In this document: piece by piece, positions 48,101 to 60,946 of the stretch
Numbering within the stretch: the stretch's first letter is position 1
How the letters are laid out: each line of letters begins with the position of its first letter
Assembly (NCBI GenBank): GCA_043228905.1
Contig: JBHGNT010000018.1
Coordinates: 15,314,001 to 15,378,000, forward strand
Source of the DNA: Azolla caroliniana
Taxonomy: Eukaryota > Plantae > Polypodiophyta
Direction: 5' to 3'
Length of the DNA: 64,000 bases
Translations under genes and position numbers: made by a program
Notes under the pieces: generated by a model
Seen by the model: the letters and a program-made list of their open reading frames with translations, nothing else
Told to the model about the DNA's origin: nothing
The model's database searches: none

Positions 48101-50130
48101 TAGCCTCATCTTCCGGAATTGGGTCTTTGTCAGGAGTTGGAATCGGTAGGGAGTACCATGATGTCGTCTCACTCAAACTCGACATCTCGGCTTACTCGGA
48201 CCTGCCTAATCTGGGGGTTACAGCACTTATACCCCTTTTCCTCATGCGAGTAACTAACTAGGATGCACTTCTACAACTTCGGATCCAGCTTCCTCCACTT
48301 CTCATCCGGTACATGCACTTCTCTGACCGCAGGCAATTCATCTTCCTCTCCGTTTCCCGTTCAACTAAACTTTGAAGGTTTCGGAAACATTCGAAGACTT
48401 CTCTCTTCCTCTCAATGAGGTAGATCCATGTGTGCCGGTTGTAGTCATCGATGAAGGAGAGGAAGTATCAACTCCCGCCAAGACTAACGTTTTGTGTCGG
48501 TCCCCAATGCCCATACATCCAAATGGATTAGGTCAAGCTTGTTACGGCTTCGGTTTCGTTCGGTGGGGAATGGAAGTCGGTGTTGCTTCCCGAGTTGGCA
48601 AGATTCACAAATTTTGGCCTTCCGGCCACTGAATTTCGGCAATCCGAACACAACTTGTTTCGATTGCAGGTCTTGAAGCCTCCAGTAATTGACGTGGTCG
48701 ATCCGCTTGTGCTAGAGATCTATGTCTGATTCAATCTTCTGTCCTTTGGCAAACATGGCGGTGCCTGCATCATTAGTGTTGAGGATGAACATCCTCCCTT
48801 CTCTGCGCCTTTGCGTGATTATCCGGCCTTCTTCCTCGATGAAGCACCCGAGGTGCGTAAACCGCACCTGCATCCCCTGGTCGACGATTTGTCCAACCGA
48901 CACCAGGTTCTTTGTGATAGTCGGAACGTGTAGTACGTTCATCAGCTTTCCCTTTTGTCCGACATGGCTTAAAGGGACTTCTCCGACATGCACAATTGGG
49001 TGAGGGGTGTCATCTCCTATTTCGATGATTCCCAGATCTTCCAGTTTCTCCAAAACGAGAACCACTCTTCATGGCTCGTCATGTGGTTGGACGCTCCAGA
49101 ATCAACGTACCATAATTCCTTCGATCCGGAAGTGGTCTTCTTCATCGAGTTCGTCTTGTGATTCATCACAAAGGCTGGCCCTTTTCCGGTCATCCCGGTT
49201 CTGGATCCTTCTGATCCTTCTGCATAGTGCGAGCTTTGCTGGTTTTCCCGACCCGTTTTTTTAGATCCATATTTATCCGAATCGGCGCGCTTCTTCCAGC
49301 ACTCGCTTTCCCTGTGGCCCTTTTTGCTACAGTACCAACATTTTGTGTCGGCTTTTCCTTCCCGGCTTCTAGCGCCGCTTTGACTCCCCCTACTTGTGGA
49401 GGGTCCGAAACTACTGTCGGCACCATCTATGTGCCTTCAGTTCTGCTCTTGTCAGCCGCCTCCATTGCGTGCCAACCCAACTCGTCCACCACGTCCATGG
49501 GGCCGATCTGTCTCTGTGTACAACATTCGGCCGTCCGATTGAGTGGTCCTCGACCCACTTGTGTGGTTTTCTTTGACCATCATCATCGACTGCAAGTCGA
49601 AGAAAGACAGTGACTTCTCACAGGTGTAGATTGCCGTCCGGATTGGCCCATACCTTTGCGCTAGACCACCGAGGCATATTTGTACCATGTCGTCTTCGTC
49701 CACTGTCACGTTGATGGACCCGAGTGTGTCACAAATCTCCTTTATCTTGGTGGTGTAATCCGTAACCACCATGTCTCTTTGCCGGATGTTGTTCAGCTCT
49801 TGCCGGAGCTGCAACTTACGGGCTGTGGTACTCGCAGCGTAAATCTTTTGTAGATTTTCCCAGGCCTCCTTTGGTGTCTTTGCATCCTTTATGTAGTCGA
49901 ACATCTGATCGTGCACACAGGACGCGAGGTAGTACAATACTCGAATCGCTCCTTGCTTCCATACCGGGAAGTCCTCGTGCGTCGGCTCCGGTGCTACCTC
50001 GATCGTTCTTTCCACGAAGCTCCAATAACCATGCCCTAGTAGGTACTGGTGCATCTTGTATGACCAAGACGCGTAGTTGCTCCAGTTGAGCTTCTCTGTT
50101 GGAAGTGAACTCGTCATTCCTCTAACCATA
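45127..50130 (-). pseudogene. E gag-pol remnants
   Basis: Gag KLNWSNYASWSYKM; PR, IN, RT and RH fragments collinear with D; deletions near 48320 and 46365. Confidence 0.88.
46967..47580 (+). mobile_element. Solo LTR (614 bp) inserted in E
   Basis: TG..CA termini; TSD GCATC/GCGTC; TATA-like box near 47375; E coding sequence resumes on both sides. Confidence 0.85.
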
Positions 50131-50699
50131 TCTTCTATGTATCTGTTGTTACCAGGTTCTAGGGTTCGTCTACAAAAGCAAGTGTCGGTTGTAGAGGTTC
50201 TCAACCCTCGCGCTCTATTACCATGTAGATGTTAACGTGCGGAAGCGTTAGATAGAACCGGCTCAACCGGATAGCAACAAAGAATAAGATGAAGGTTTAA
50301 TGGAGAAGCTTAATATACAGAGAATACATGTGGGAGAGATAGAGACACAAAGAGAGAGCAGAACATAAACTCCATTCAAACTAACACTCAAAACTCTATG
50401 TATACACAATGTGCTATGACAGCACTATTTATACAAGTCCATAAAAGGACTAACAGAAATACTATGTACTTCAATGCTCATACGAGCGACTCACACTAAC
50501 TACGAGACAATGATTACCTAGTAGTCTAGGCTACTACTAGGCTTCCGGTTCGCACTCGAATCCGGCTCTCCGATCTGTCTCCTCTATCTGGCTGATTGTT
50601 TCCAAATACCGATCTGGATCATCCTTCCGGATACCGATCCGGCTCTGGCTTATTTTAGCCAATTCGGATCCAGTTGAGCTTACTCGCTCAACACACTCC

Positions 50700-51300
50700 T
50701 TCGTCCGTTGTTGTTCCAGTTCTAAGTGAGGGCCACATGGTCGGTCACGTCCGTTTGTGTTCAGTTCTCAGTTAGGGCCACATGGTAGCTCATAGCCTTT
50801 CGTGTTCCAGTTCTTGGTGAGGGCCGCATGGTCACTCACGCCCGTTCGTGTCTAGTTCTCCGTGAGGACCACACATGGTCGCTCACGCCTATTGGTATTC
50901 GTGTTTCAATTCCCGACGAGAACCACACATGGTTGCTCATGCCCGTTGGTGTTTGTGCTCCCCATGAGGACCGCACATGGTCACTCATGCCCGTTGGTAT
51001 TCGTGTTCCAGTCCTCGACGAGGACCGCACATGGTCGCTCATAGCCTTTCATGTTCCAGTTCTTGGTGAGGGCCGCATGGTCGCTCACGCCCGTTCGTGT
51101 CTAGTTCTCCGTGAGGACCACACATGGTCGCTCACGCCTATTGGTATTCGTGTTTCAATTCCCGACGAGAACCACACATGGTTGCTCATGCCCGTTGGTG
51201 TTTGTGCTCCCCATGAGGACCGCACATGGTCACTCATGCCCGTTGGTATTCGTGTTCCAGTCCTCGACGAGGACCGCACATGGTCGCTCATGCACATTGG
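50700..51300 (+). repeat. Tandem array of ~35-45-bp units with a 249-bp higher-order duplication, inside F
   Basis: Recurrent GAGGACCGCACATGGTCGCTCA core; 50788-51036 repeated at 51037-51285. Confidence 0.9.
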
Positions 51301-51840
51301 TGTTCAATACCTCGTCTTTTGGAAGGGTTACTCCTTGTCTAGGATTTACAAAATACTTTGGAGGTGGTCTAAAATTTTCATCAATAGTATCCCCTTAAGC
51401 CAAGGACGGGTTTGGGAAGGCGGCGTAAGAGGGGGGGATAATGTCACATTCTAAACTTGAACCTCTGACTTTTAACACACACAGTACATAGTGTTGTGTT
51501 AAGCATATGGAAACCCTTGTGAACTGTCCACATTTAATTGTGAGCTTGTATATATTGTAGAGTCTAGTGTATAGTACATTCGAGAATATTCTAGTCGTTA
51601 GTATATTCTAGAATTATTCTGTGGTATATTCTAAACGGGTATATTCTCGAGATATTTCTCGAGTATACCTAACACCAGTCATTGACACATCAATCTAGTA
51701 TTCTCGTTTCATTCCATTTTGTCTCCTTCTTCATCTCTACCTTCATTCTCTTATGTCATTCCTAGCTTCTTGAGTTCCTTATAGCCTTGTCATTCGTGCT
51801 CCGTCCTAGTCCCCACTTGGTGTGTCCATGACAATTGCCA

Positions 51841-52493
51841 TGTAGGATTTTGTAATACCCCTACATTTTTGTAAACCATATAAAACATTCTTGTAAATTC
51901 ATTCTTGTTATAATTATATGTTTCATTCTCGTTTATAAGTTTCTTCCTTTTAATTGTTCCTATCTTTTACATTTTAATTGTAGGTTTCATTCTCACTCTA
52001 AAGTTTTATTTTAGAAGGATGAATACAATTTGATTAAATTGTCTACCTTATGCATTTCAATGTTTTAGTGAGCGAATATGTTATTAGTACAAGTACACTC
52101 ACTTAAATCTAAGCTCCAAACTTTTCATTATTTGATACAATTAGATTGTTGTTAACTCATTTAAATGTTATTAGCACGTGAAAGTTAATTTAGGATGTAA
52201 ATTACATTTACTTTAGGATATACATTACTTTAAGTCTAAGATTCTTTTCACTGATATGAAAAATATATTACTACATTTTAGAGAATTTGATTACCGAAGA
52301 TTGTTATACACTGGTCCCACAAGCGTGTGGGGAATCCTCTATTACACTAGAAAGTTTGTCCAAATGAATTTTACCCAAAGGTTTATCACACACACACTAA
52401 AGAACATGTAAATGTGAACTTGCGGAATTGACCACAACTTCAATCTAGGGACTCTAAACTCGTGCATGTAATCACCATGGATTACATCCTACA
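51841..52493. mobile_element. Possible old solo LTR
   Basis: TGTAGGAT...ATCCTACA 8-bp terminal inverted repeat; no TSD found. Confidence 0.3.
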
Positions 52494-53300
52494 ATAGAAA
52501 ATCGAATATAACAAAAATCAATTCATATGCTTGCACCTAAAACTCATCACAATTCTTAAACCTAGATATCAAATGCTTATACCATGTTGATATGTTGGGA
52601 TTTGACTACATTTTATATCTAGACATCATTGACATCAATCCTTTTTCAAAAAAGTTTCGTAATTTAATAATCAATCGAATAAATTTTAACATGTCTCAAA
52701 ACCCAAACATTTGCCACGTTATTGTATTAATTGCATTTGGTCTCTTAAATTCATCAACTTTGAAAATGTTCTAGAAACTACATATTTAATAGATTTCTAC
52801 CGACTTCTTAAATTAATAACTCATTTGTGATGTTGCTAGATTTAAATACATTTCGTTGCAAGAAACATCAATCTTATAAATAATCATTCCACATAAAGTT
52901 CGATTTTCTGTAACTTTTTGAATGTTATTAAATATCAAAGATTTTATCTGGCTTGAAGAACATGTGATACTGGTGTATCAAGTTCTTGTATATAGCCTAA
53001 AATTGCATAATTGTAGTTCTAAGGAATCTAAAGGTGGAATGCGCGATCCTTCCACTTGTGAACGCGAATGTGTTAAAGGGCAGTTGCCCTAGTTTGGTTA
53101 GGATATAACCAACTTTGTAACCATTTTGTAAGTGGTTGTTATTTGTTACCATTTTGAATATACAGTTGTTATTGTGTGACTCTTCGCTACCTCTCCCCCT
53201 CTCTCTCTTTCTGTTTCTGTTCAAGCTTCCATTAATATCTATCTATCTTGTTTCATCACGTACATAGTGTGTACTATCTTTGTAGAAGATCATCATATAT

Positions 53301-53731
53301 TGTAGGATCTGAGATGTCCAACACTCCCAAGGGTTAGTCCAAATAGCCAGCCACCCCCAACGACTAGTCCCAACGACCATATTTGGCTTATATAAAGAGG
53401 ATTACTCCTCCTTTGTAATCACTACCACATTACCATTTTCTGAGATCCATTCTCTCACACTAACTCATTCTCATTCTCATCATCTTAGCTCTAAGGAGCG
53501 TGTAATCATTGTGCTCTCTCCCCTTTTGGTGGTTTTGGGGAGTTGTCCCAACTCATCCTGACTCAGTCCCGACTTGTCCCAACTCCAGGTGGTGGATCAT
53601 GTTTTGCCACAATTTGGGACGGTTGTAGCTTTTGTATTCATAATGAAATATAACTACGATTTGTGTCCTAATTGGTGTTCCAACCATGTTTTCTTGTATT
53701 TCTTAGATCCCCATAATCTAGGGGCATAACA
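53301..53731 (+). mobile_element. Possible solo LTR
   Basis: TG..AACA termini, TATATAAAG followed by a pyrimidine-rich tract; no TSD found. Confidence 0.3.
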
Positions 53732-54679
53732 TCTCACTCTCTCCCCTTAATATTTCACTAGAGCTTAAAAGTGATTAAGGTTAAGAGCTAAGTGGTGAAA
53801 CCTAAATCCATCTTACTCTTATATGCGTGTCAAACTCTCTTTGATAAGAGGAAGTGGTGTATTATTTATTTGTTTATCTTTTTTTGTGTGCATTGTCTAT
53901 TCGTTTACTTCTATTAGGAAAGAGAGTTAACGTGAGGGAGCGCAAGCATAAGAGTTACAACCTAAGGTTATCAAGGCTAGAAGCTTGAAGGTGGCTGACA
54001 ACCACTCACGTTAGATTTGCTACCAATAGGGTAAATGTCGATTTGGATCCTTGGCCCAACAATATTTACGGGAGGGAAAACTTTATTAATTCATAGATGT
54101 GCTCCATGTCGTGCACACAAAAACCACAAAAAAACCTAGTTGAACCAACTTACAAAAGCCAACCTATTGACCAACCCCACTCTTGCAAAAGGCACTCTGC
54201 CAACATGATCGTCACAAACCCTACCACTAGCCTTCTTATTCTAGATGAGCACTCCTCAATGTTAACCCTCTTTATCAATGAGATCGATGTTTTAAATTCT
54301 AAATGTCATCATTGACAAACGCACCTGCTAGCAATGTCATGATGCAATCGAATCAGTAAGGAAAAATGATAAAAACATAGGGATTTATGTAGTAGATAAA
54401 GAAGGATAAGAAAGCGAACATATGTTGATGATAAGAAAAGGTTTAAAAACATGAACAAAATTTGTTTCAATTGGTTAAAGAGATGGTTTTCAAAATAGAG
54501 ATTGTAGGCTCCAATCTTCCAAAAAGAAATGTTAACTTTTACTATAAAAAAGAAACCAAATTTTTGCGAGAGCTCATATGGCGTAGGTTAATTTTTTCGG
54601 CTTCTCTCTTCTTGATATTTCTCTTTGGGGATCCTCTCTTTATTTTTGTTTCTCCCCTTGACCTCTCCACTAACAATCG

Positions 54680-55120
54680 GCAACAGTTCGGTTTGAGAGG
54701 ATCCAAACCGAACCGTTTAGAGATGTTGAAACCCGAACTGAACCACGAAACTGTTAAACCGAACCATTAAAAAAAATTCAAACCGTTAAGCCAGTAAACT
54801 GGTAAATTTGTGGTTTCGTGGTTTGGTTTCGGTTTTTAGCTTAGGTCAAATTTAAAATTTAAAATTTGTTTACAATTTTAAATTTTAAATTTTTTCCCAA
54901 AATGTGAGAATAAGGCATGAAAATGAAAAGATTATTTACAAACATTTTAAATTTTTTTTTAAAATTTTAAAATTTTAAAATTATTATTTTTGAATAAATA
55001 AAGAACCGTTAAACCACTTCAACCACGGGTTTTTATTGTTGAAACCGAACCGAACCGTTTAAAAAACCCCGAACCTGAACTGAATTGTTTAAACCGTTAA
55101 GCCACGGTTTCGCGGTTCCT
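54680..55120. mobile_element. Possible hAT-derived MITE remnant
   Basis: Two clusters of AACCG/CGGTT motifs flanking an AT-only core; TIRs and TSD not resolved. Confidence 0.45.
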
Positions 55121-56362
55121 AAAGTGACTCCGCTTTAAGTTAGGATTTTTTCAGTGGTTATTGTGCTACTTGTCTAAATTGGTGAATCCTACAAGGAGGA
55201 GGACCTAGGCTAAGGTAACTAATTGAGAAAAAAAACACCCATGTCTTATTAACGAGGACCTATTGTATTTTTTTTGGCGTCTCTCTTCTTGATATATTTC
55301 TTGGAGGGTCCCGTCTTTTCTTCCTCTCCTTTTAGTAATTATCACAATAGTTTAGTCCAAAGTTCAAACTTGTTATTGGAAAAACTAAGAACATCAATCG
55401 AGCCCTTGTCTTCCCTCAACGCTTGATTATTCAATTGCAATCTTGTATGTGCACGATTTGGCTTCTTGAAAACATAACTAGATCTTCCTAAAAACATCAT
55501 CCTTAGTCAATTGTAGACGAGTTTGCAACTCTTACAACACTCGTTGGGTATGGCTAACACGACCACTGATCATCTACTCCAACTTCAATTCCTACAACGC
55601 TAATAAATGAAACAATAAAGAGAAAATATCACAATTGAAACACAAGACTCAAAAGTCTCAAAGTAAAGATATAGATAGATCAACTCAATTGGCATTTCCT
55701 TCTAGTATAGCTTGTATGGAACAAAATGAGCTAACACAAACAATGACAAAGCATCCAAAGGAAGAACAATTACTAGAGGTAAGATGAAGTGGATTATGGT
55801 TTGTATATTACCTGGTTGTTGTGGGCACCATGCTTAAATGTGGGTTAATGCAACATGTGAACAATCGCCAACAACTCCTAAACCAAAAAGGGCGCCAATG
55901 AGTATGGTAGATGGGTTAGCATTTAGGTATACCAACCTATTGTATATAAATCAAGCTTAGAAAGTGTCCTAGATTAGTTGTGCAACTAACTCTTTAAGTT
56001 GTATTTGTATGTGCTAACTTGAGAGCAAATACACATACAAACATTTTTATTCTCTCACAATATCAAGCCTTGTTATCAAAACCTATTTATTCTCTCATTA
56101 TATGAATCTTTACTATTGTAAATGTGCTTCAATGTTGTTAGTATACAAATTATTTCTTGCTCTCTCCATTGTTTGATCTATGTTAGGTAATTGCTGCAAC
56201 ATCATCTTATCTTCCACTCTTTGCACAACTCTTGTTGAATCCCTCCCTTCCTACTTTTATTTGTGTTTTGGGGCTCTATTATTTTCCCTACAAATAGTTA
56301 CCAAAATGTGTATACATTCTATGATATTGATTTTATTGTAAGACTCTATGCTATCCATCTTT

Positions 56363-56365
<3 letters not shown>

Positions 56366-56419
<54 letters not shown>
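56366..56419. repeat. (CA)n microsatellite
   Basis: Direct reading. Confidence 0.95.
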
Positions 56420-56420
<1 letters not shown>

Positions 56421-58414
56421 CTACCACACATATAAGCTATGAAACATTTATGGCTCACCTACCAAACACCAAATTTTGCAGCTTTGTCATGCAAATGATA
56501 TATTCTTCACCTCTATTCCTCAAGAGGAAGTTGAATCATCTTTACTCAAGGTTGGTAGAACCAATATTGTCGCGACTACTATTAAAATATTTGGTATAAT
56601 TTTTCATCGAGAGCTTGTTGGTTCCCTACTTATTACGTAGATGGCAAACAACATGGTAGCAACATTCTAAAAATCCTTGAGTAGGCATCTTGTGCATGTA
56701 CTACATATTAATTTGTAGGTGGGAAAGAGAAATGTGGACGTTCATTATCAAACGGGTCAACTATTTCGCAAATAACGTAAAACCTTCGTAATCGTGTCTC
56801 ATATAGTACGACTAAGCTTTCACCCTTCTGCTACGAACATGCAACATTTTGTTATTGAGGATAATTTACTTTGGTACCATTGGAATCATCAAACAGAAAA
56901 CACGATTGAATAGCTAAAGGAAGCCACTATATGGATTCAAAAATCCATTGTAGGCAATATATATCACACAAATTGGGAATATATGCAACAATATGCTAAA
57001 GCAAAGTTTCATGAAAACCCCCGAGACGAGAGCTAAGTTCTAGCATGCCTTGTTTAAGCAACATATATCCAATGTAATGAAGCTAGCTTTCTTAACAAGA
57101 GTACCTAGGTCGGATGGTATATTGGCACTGTTCTTTGATCGTTGGAAGCCAAAGATGAGTCTTTGTCATTCAATATTGTTGCAGTATGATATCGAGCATT
57201 CATACCTTTTTCTTGATTTGCAAATAAGACAAGTGACGAAATGTGCATCGCACATTAATTTGTTTGGAGTTCTTTTTGCCAAGCAAAATGTTGGCATGGT
57301 ATATCATGGAAGTATTTGATTCACAAGAAGAAATTGTAAACCTATCGTAAATGAATGACTTCGAGGGTCAACCAATAAACTTTAAAAAAGGGGTAGATGA
57401 GAGACATTGATATTTCATAAATTATGTATCAATGCAAACGATAGACGATACAATGACAAAATCATAATTTGTTAGGATTTTAAACTTGTAGCTCAACCCG
57501 GAGCATATCCCATGTAGGTAAATGAACCTAAAACTTCATCATTCTTATCTCAATGATAGTCTCGCTCTTAGTCTATATCTAAATCTTCCCTTCTGATACT
57601 CAAGTTTTATGTTGGCAATTTCTTGTAGAAAATGCAAACTTGTAGATTTTCCAGCAACAATGGGAGTTTTGCTCCCTCGATTCATTTCGAAACAAGTCGA
57701 ACATGTGTTTTCATTCATGTATATGTATTAGTGTGCCTACACAAACCTACAAAGATAAAAGGAATATAAGGTAAGGTTGTTGAGCTCATGCACAAATATA
57801 TGTAGTATGATGAACCGAAGCTCTCAAGAAAAGTGGTTCAAACATATTAGGATATGATTTCCCCAACGCACAAATCAATTTCCTTGACTATTAACTCGCG
57901 ACCCACAAAATTAGAGCCTAGAATAAATCATGTGCCAACTCTTTCACGTGCTTTAAAGACACTAGATGAGGAAGGTGTTTTTGTGACACGAATGTGCGGT
58001 CGCCCTCGACATTTCACCCGCCACATCACTTTCATTAATTACTCTCAAATCTTGAACAGGGGAGTGCGAATTGGCAATTTCAGATAGAGCTTACATCAAA
58101 GTTTGTTGGTGCGCATTCAAAAAACAATGCTCTAAAAGTGCACTTTCCATCACCCATGAAAATGGACAACAAAAGTAGGTCATATCGTGATAAATCTTAT
58201 TGTGCGAGATGATGTGACAATGTTTACGAATACACGTGAACCCGAGTTTTTCCATTATCGTTCGGTTGGGCACCCCATTGTGCCCGTAGGCATACGAGAG
58301 ACGTTAGCGATCGGGAGGTGGCTTTTTGGGAAGCGGTCCGAATGTGTGGTTGAGAAGCAAGCATGGTGGAGGTAAGGATGAGGTGGGAGGTGACGGGGGT
58401 GAAGGTCAAAAGGT

Positions 58415-58592
58415 AGTGTTTGAACCTACCCCCGGGACTGTCCGAACCTAAAACTTGGGAGAGTCCGAACCTAGGATCCTAGGGATGTTCAAAGCTAACC
58501 TTGGGAGTGCCCAAACCTAGCTTGCAGGGGGGTGTCTTTGAACCTAACATTGGGAGTGTTCAATCTACCCTTGGGAGTGTCCCAACCTACTC
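58415..58592. repeat. Degenerate ~22-25-bp tandem array
   Basis: About 8 units of AACCTA..TTGGGAGTGTCC. Confidence 0.65.
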
Positions 58593-59019
58593 CATGATCT
58601 GAAGAGTGAGCACAATTGGGACGTTCCGGGTTGGCTGGGCGGCTTTCGGGACATCGTGAAGGACTCCGACTACGACGGGGCCCGAGGACAATTGAATGAA
58701 TAAATGAGAGAGGGAAGGGGGGGGGGGGGGGGGGTTGGTATGCCAAAGCTTGTAGCTGCATTAAATGAGACCTGCCAACTCCTCCTTCAATCAATCAATC
58801 ATTTATAGTAACAGAAAAAAAAAGGAAAAATACAAAGGAAAATAAAATAAAAAGACACAAGACACACAAAAAAGCAAAAAGCTTTTAAAAATCAGAGACC
58901 TCCTCTTTGTTCTTCTCTCCCCAAAACTCAAAAAAAAAATTTAAAAAAAAAGGAAAAAAAAAATCATCCCCTCTGTTCCTCATAAAATAAATAAAATCCC
59001 TCTTTGGTTTCATTTCATC

Positions 59020-59340
59020 AAATCCCTGCTCTGTTTTCTTCATCAAATACCTCCCCTGTTTCTTCATCATCATCATCATCATCAGTAATCCCTCCCCTGT
59101 TTCTTGTAATCAGATTCCTCCCCTTCATCATCAGATTCCTCCCCTGTGTTTCTTCATCTTAAATCGCCCCCTTCCCTGTGTTCTCTTCATCATCAGATTC
59201 AGATTCATCATCAGATTCAGATTCCCTCCCCCCTGTTTTCTTCATCATCAAAATCAACATCCCTGTACAACAAACAAAGGAAGGAAGGAAGGAAGGAAGG
59301 AAGGAAGGAAGGAAGGAGAGACACAGAGAGAGAGAGACAG
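59020..59340 (+). repeat. Short repeats (CTCCCCTGTTTCTT, CATCAGATTC) and (GGAA)n immediately upstream of KCS
   Basis: Direct reading; probable promoter or 5' UTR. Confidence 0.7.
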
Positions 59341-59365
59341 AGGCCCCTCCCCTCCCCCTTTGGCC

Positions 59366-60946
59366 ATGGTGAAGGAAGAGGCCCTGGACGTGGCCACCGA
59401 GATCGTGCCCAATGGCTCCATGAGCTTCTCTGTCCGGGTACGGCGCAGGCTCCCGGACTTCCTGCACTCCGTGAACCTCAAGTACGTGAAGCTCGGCTAC
59501 CACTACCTGATCAGCCATGGCTTCTACCTCTTCACGATCCCGGTGCTGCTGGTGGCCCTGAGCGCGCAGATCGGGACGCTGTCGAAGCAGGAGCTGTGGA
59601 TCCAGCTATGGAACAACCTGGAGGTGAGCTTGTTCGGGATGGTGGCGTGCACGGGGGCCATAATCTTCTTGGCCACGCTCTACCTGCTATCGTGCCCGAG
59701 GCCGGTCTACCTGGTGGACTTCGCCTGCTACAAGCCGCCGGAGGAGCTGAAGGTGAGCAGAGCCGGGCTGCTGCGCCATGCGGCGGAGGTGGGGACGTTG
59801 AGCGAGCAGAGCTTGGAGTACATGAAGAAGTTTCTGGAGAGGTCGGGGATCGGTGAAGAGACGTATCTGTCGAAGGGGGTGCTCAGCAACCCGCCGTCGC
59901 CGACCATGAAGGCCGGGAGGGAGGAGGCGCAGATGGTGATGTTCGGGGCGCTGGACGAGCTCTTCTTGAAGACGAAGGTGAGGCCCAAGGACGTGGGGAT
60001 CCTGGTGGTGAACTGCAGCCTCTTCAACCCCACGCCGTCGCTGTCGGCCATGATCATCAACCACTACAAGATGCGGGGCAACATACTGAGCTTCAACATC
60101 GGCGGCATGGGCTGCAGCGCGGGCGTCATATCGTTAGATCTGGCTAACGACATGCTGCAGGCCCACGGCGGGTCGTACGCCGTGGTGGTGAGTACGGAGA
60201 GCACCACCATGGGGTGGTACGGCGGCGACACGCGCTCCATGCTCCTCCCCAACTGCGTCTTCCGCCTGGGCGGCGCCGCCGCCCTCCTCTCCAACAAGCG
60301 CTCCGAGCGCCGCCGCGCCAAGTACGCCCTCACCCACGTCGTACGGACGCACAAGGGCGCCGACGACCGCGCCTACCGCGCCGTGATGCAGCAAGAAGAC
60401 CAGCAGATGCGCAAGGGCCTGTCGCTCTCCGAGGACCTCGTCCACGTGGCGGCCGACGCCATCAAAACCAACATAACCACCCTGGGCCCCCTCGTCCTCC
60501 CCGCCTCCGAGCAGCTCCTCTTCCTGGCCACCCTCCTCTGCAAGAAGCTCCTGGCCATGGCCGACCTCAAGCCCTACATCCCCGACTTCAAGCTCGCCTT
60601 CGACCACTTCTGCATGTACGCCGCCAACAAGCAGGTCCTGGACGAGCTTCAGAAGAATCTGGAGCTCCGCGACCACCACATGGAGCCCTCCAGGATGACC
60701 CTCCACAGGTGGGGCAACACCTCCAGCAGCTCCATGTGGTATGAATTGGCCTACCTCGAGGCCAAAGGCAAGGTGAAGCGCGGCGATCGGGTCTGGCAGC
60801 TCGCCTTCGGCTCCGGCTTCAAGTGCAACAGCGCCGTCTGGAGAGCTCTCCGGACCGTGAAGAAGCCATCCAAGCACAACCCTTGGCTCGACACCATCGA
60901 TAACTACCCTCTTCAAATCCCTGACTACCAGCGCATCCACCTCTGA
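59366..60946 (+). CDS. KCS: 3-ketoacyl-CoA synthase (FAE1-type VLCFA condensing enzyme), FIDDLEHEAD/KCS10-like, intronless, 526 aa
   Basis: N-terminus [29 protein letters not shown] is typical of FDH/KCS10; [30 protein letters not shown] (catalytic Cys), [17 protein letters not shown]; ATG at 59366 in GCCATGG context; high GC3. Confidence 0.96.
   Translation: MVKEEALDVATEIVPNGSMSFSVRVRRRLPDFLHSVNLKYVKLGYHYLISHGFYLFTIPVLLVALSAQIGTLSKQELWIQLWNNLEVSLFGMVACTGAIIFLATLYLLSCPRPVYLVDFACYKPPEELKVSRAGLLRHAAEVGTLSEQSLEYMKKFLERSGIGEETYLSKGVLSNPPSPTMKAGREEAQMVMFGALDELFLKTKVRPKDVGILVVNCSLFNPTPSLSAMIINHYKMRGNILSFNIGGMGCSAGVISLDLANDMLQAHGGSYAVVVSTESTTMGWYGGDTRSMLLPNCVFRLGGAAALLSNKRSERRRAKYALTHVVRTHKGADDRAYRAVMQQEDQQMRKGLSLSEDLVHVAADAIKTNITTLGPLVLPASEQLLFLATLLCKKLLAMADLKPYIPDFKLAFDHFCMYAANKQVLDELQKNLELRDHHMEPSRMTLHRWGNTSSSSMWYELAYLEAKGKVKRGDRVWQLAFGSGFKCNSAVWRALRTVKKPSKHNPWLDTIDNYPLQIPDYQRIHL

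Larger units (their letters stand above)
44660..50693 (-). mobile_element. Copia element E (family B), degenerate with internal deletions
   Basis: LTRs 44660-45082 and 50224-50693; perfect TSD CACTC; degenerate iMet PBS 50212-50223; PPT 45083-45090. Confidence 0.95.
43910..51833 (+). mobile_element. Non-coding chromovirus-type LTR element F, interrupted by E
   Basis: 5' LTR remnant 43910-44115 and 3' LTR 51442-51833 share ~160 bp ending CCATGACA; PPT AAGAGGGGGGGATA at 51427-51440; self-priming-type PBS; the interior has tandem repeats and no recognisable ORF. Confidence 0.8.

Noticed and set aside
50700-51300. CRISPR-like repeat/spacer appearance and the 208-aa repetitive ORF 50828-51454
   Set aside because: The linkers are related to each other and duplicated in blocks, there are no cas genes, and the context is a eukaryotic LTR element; the ORF is a by-product of the repeat.
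59360-59365. TTG start given by the ORF track for KCS
   Set aside because: Eukaryotic gene; the ATG at 59366 has a strong GCCATGG context.
60134-60940. 268-aa antisense ORF and other overlapping ORFs in KCS
   Set aside because: Expected from very high GC3 codon bias; no recognisable domain.
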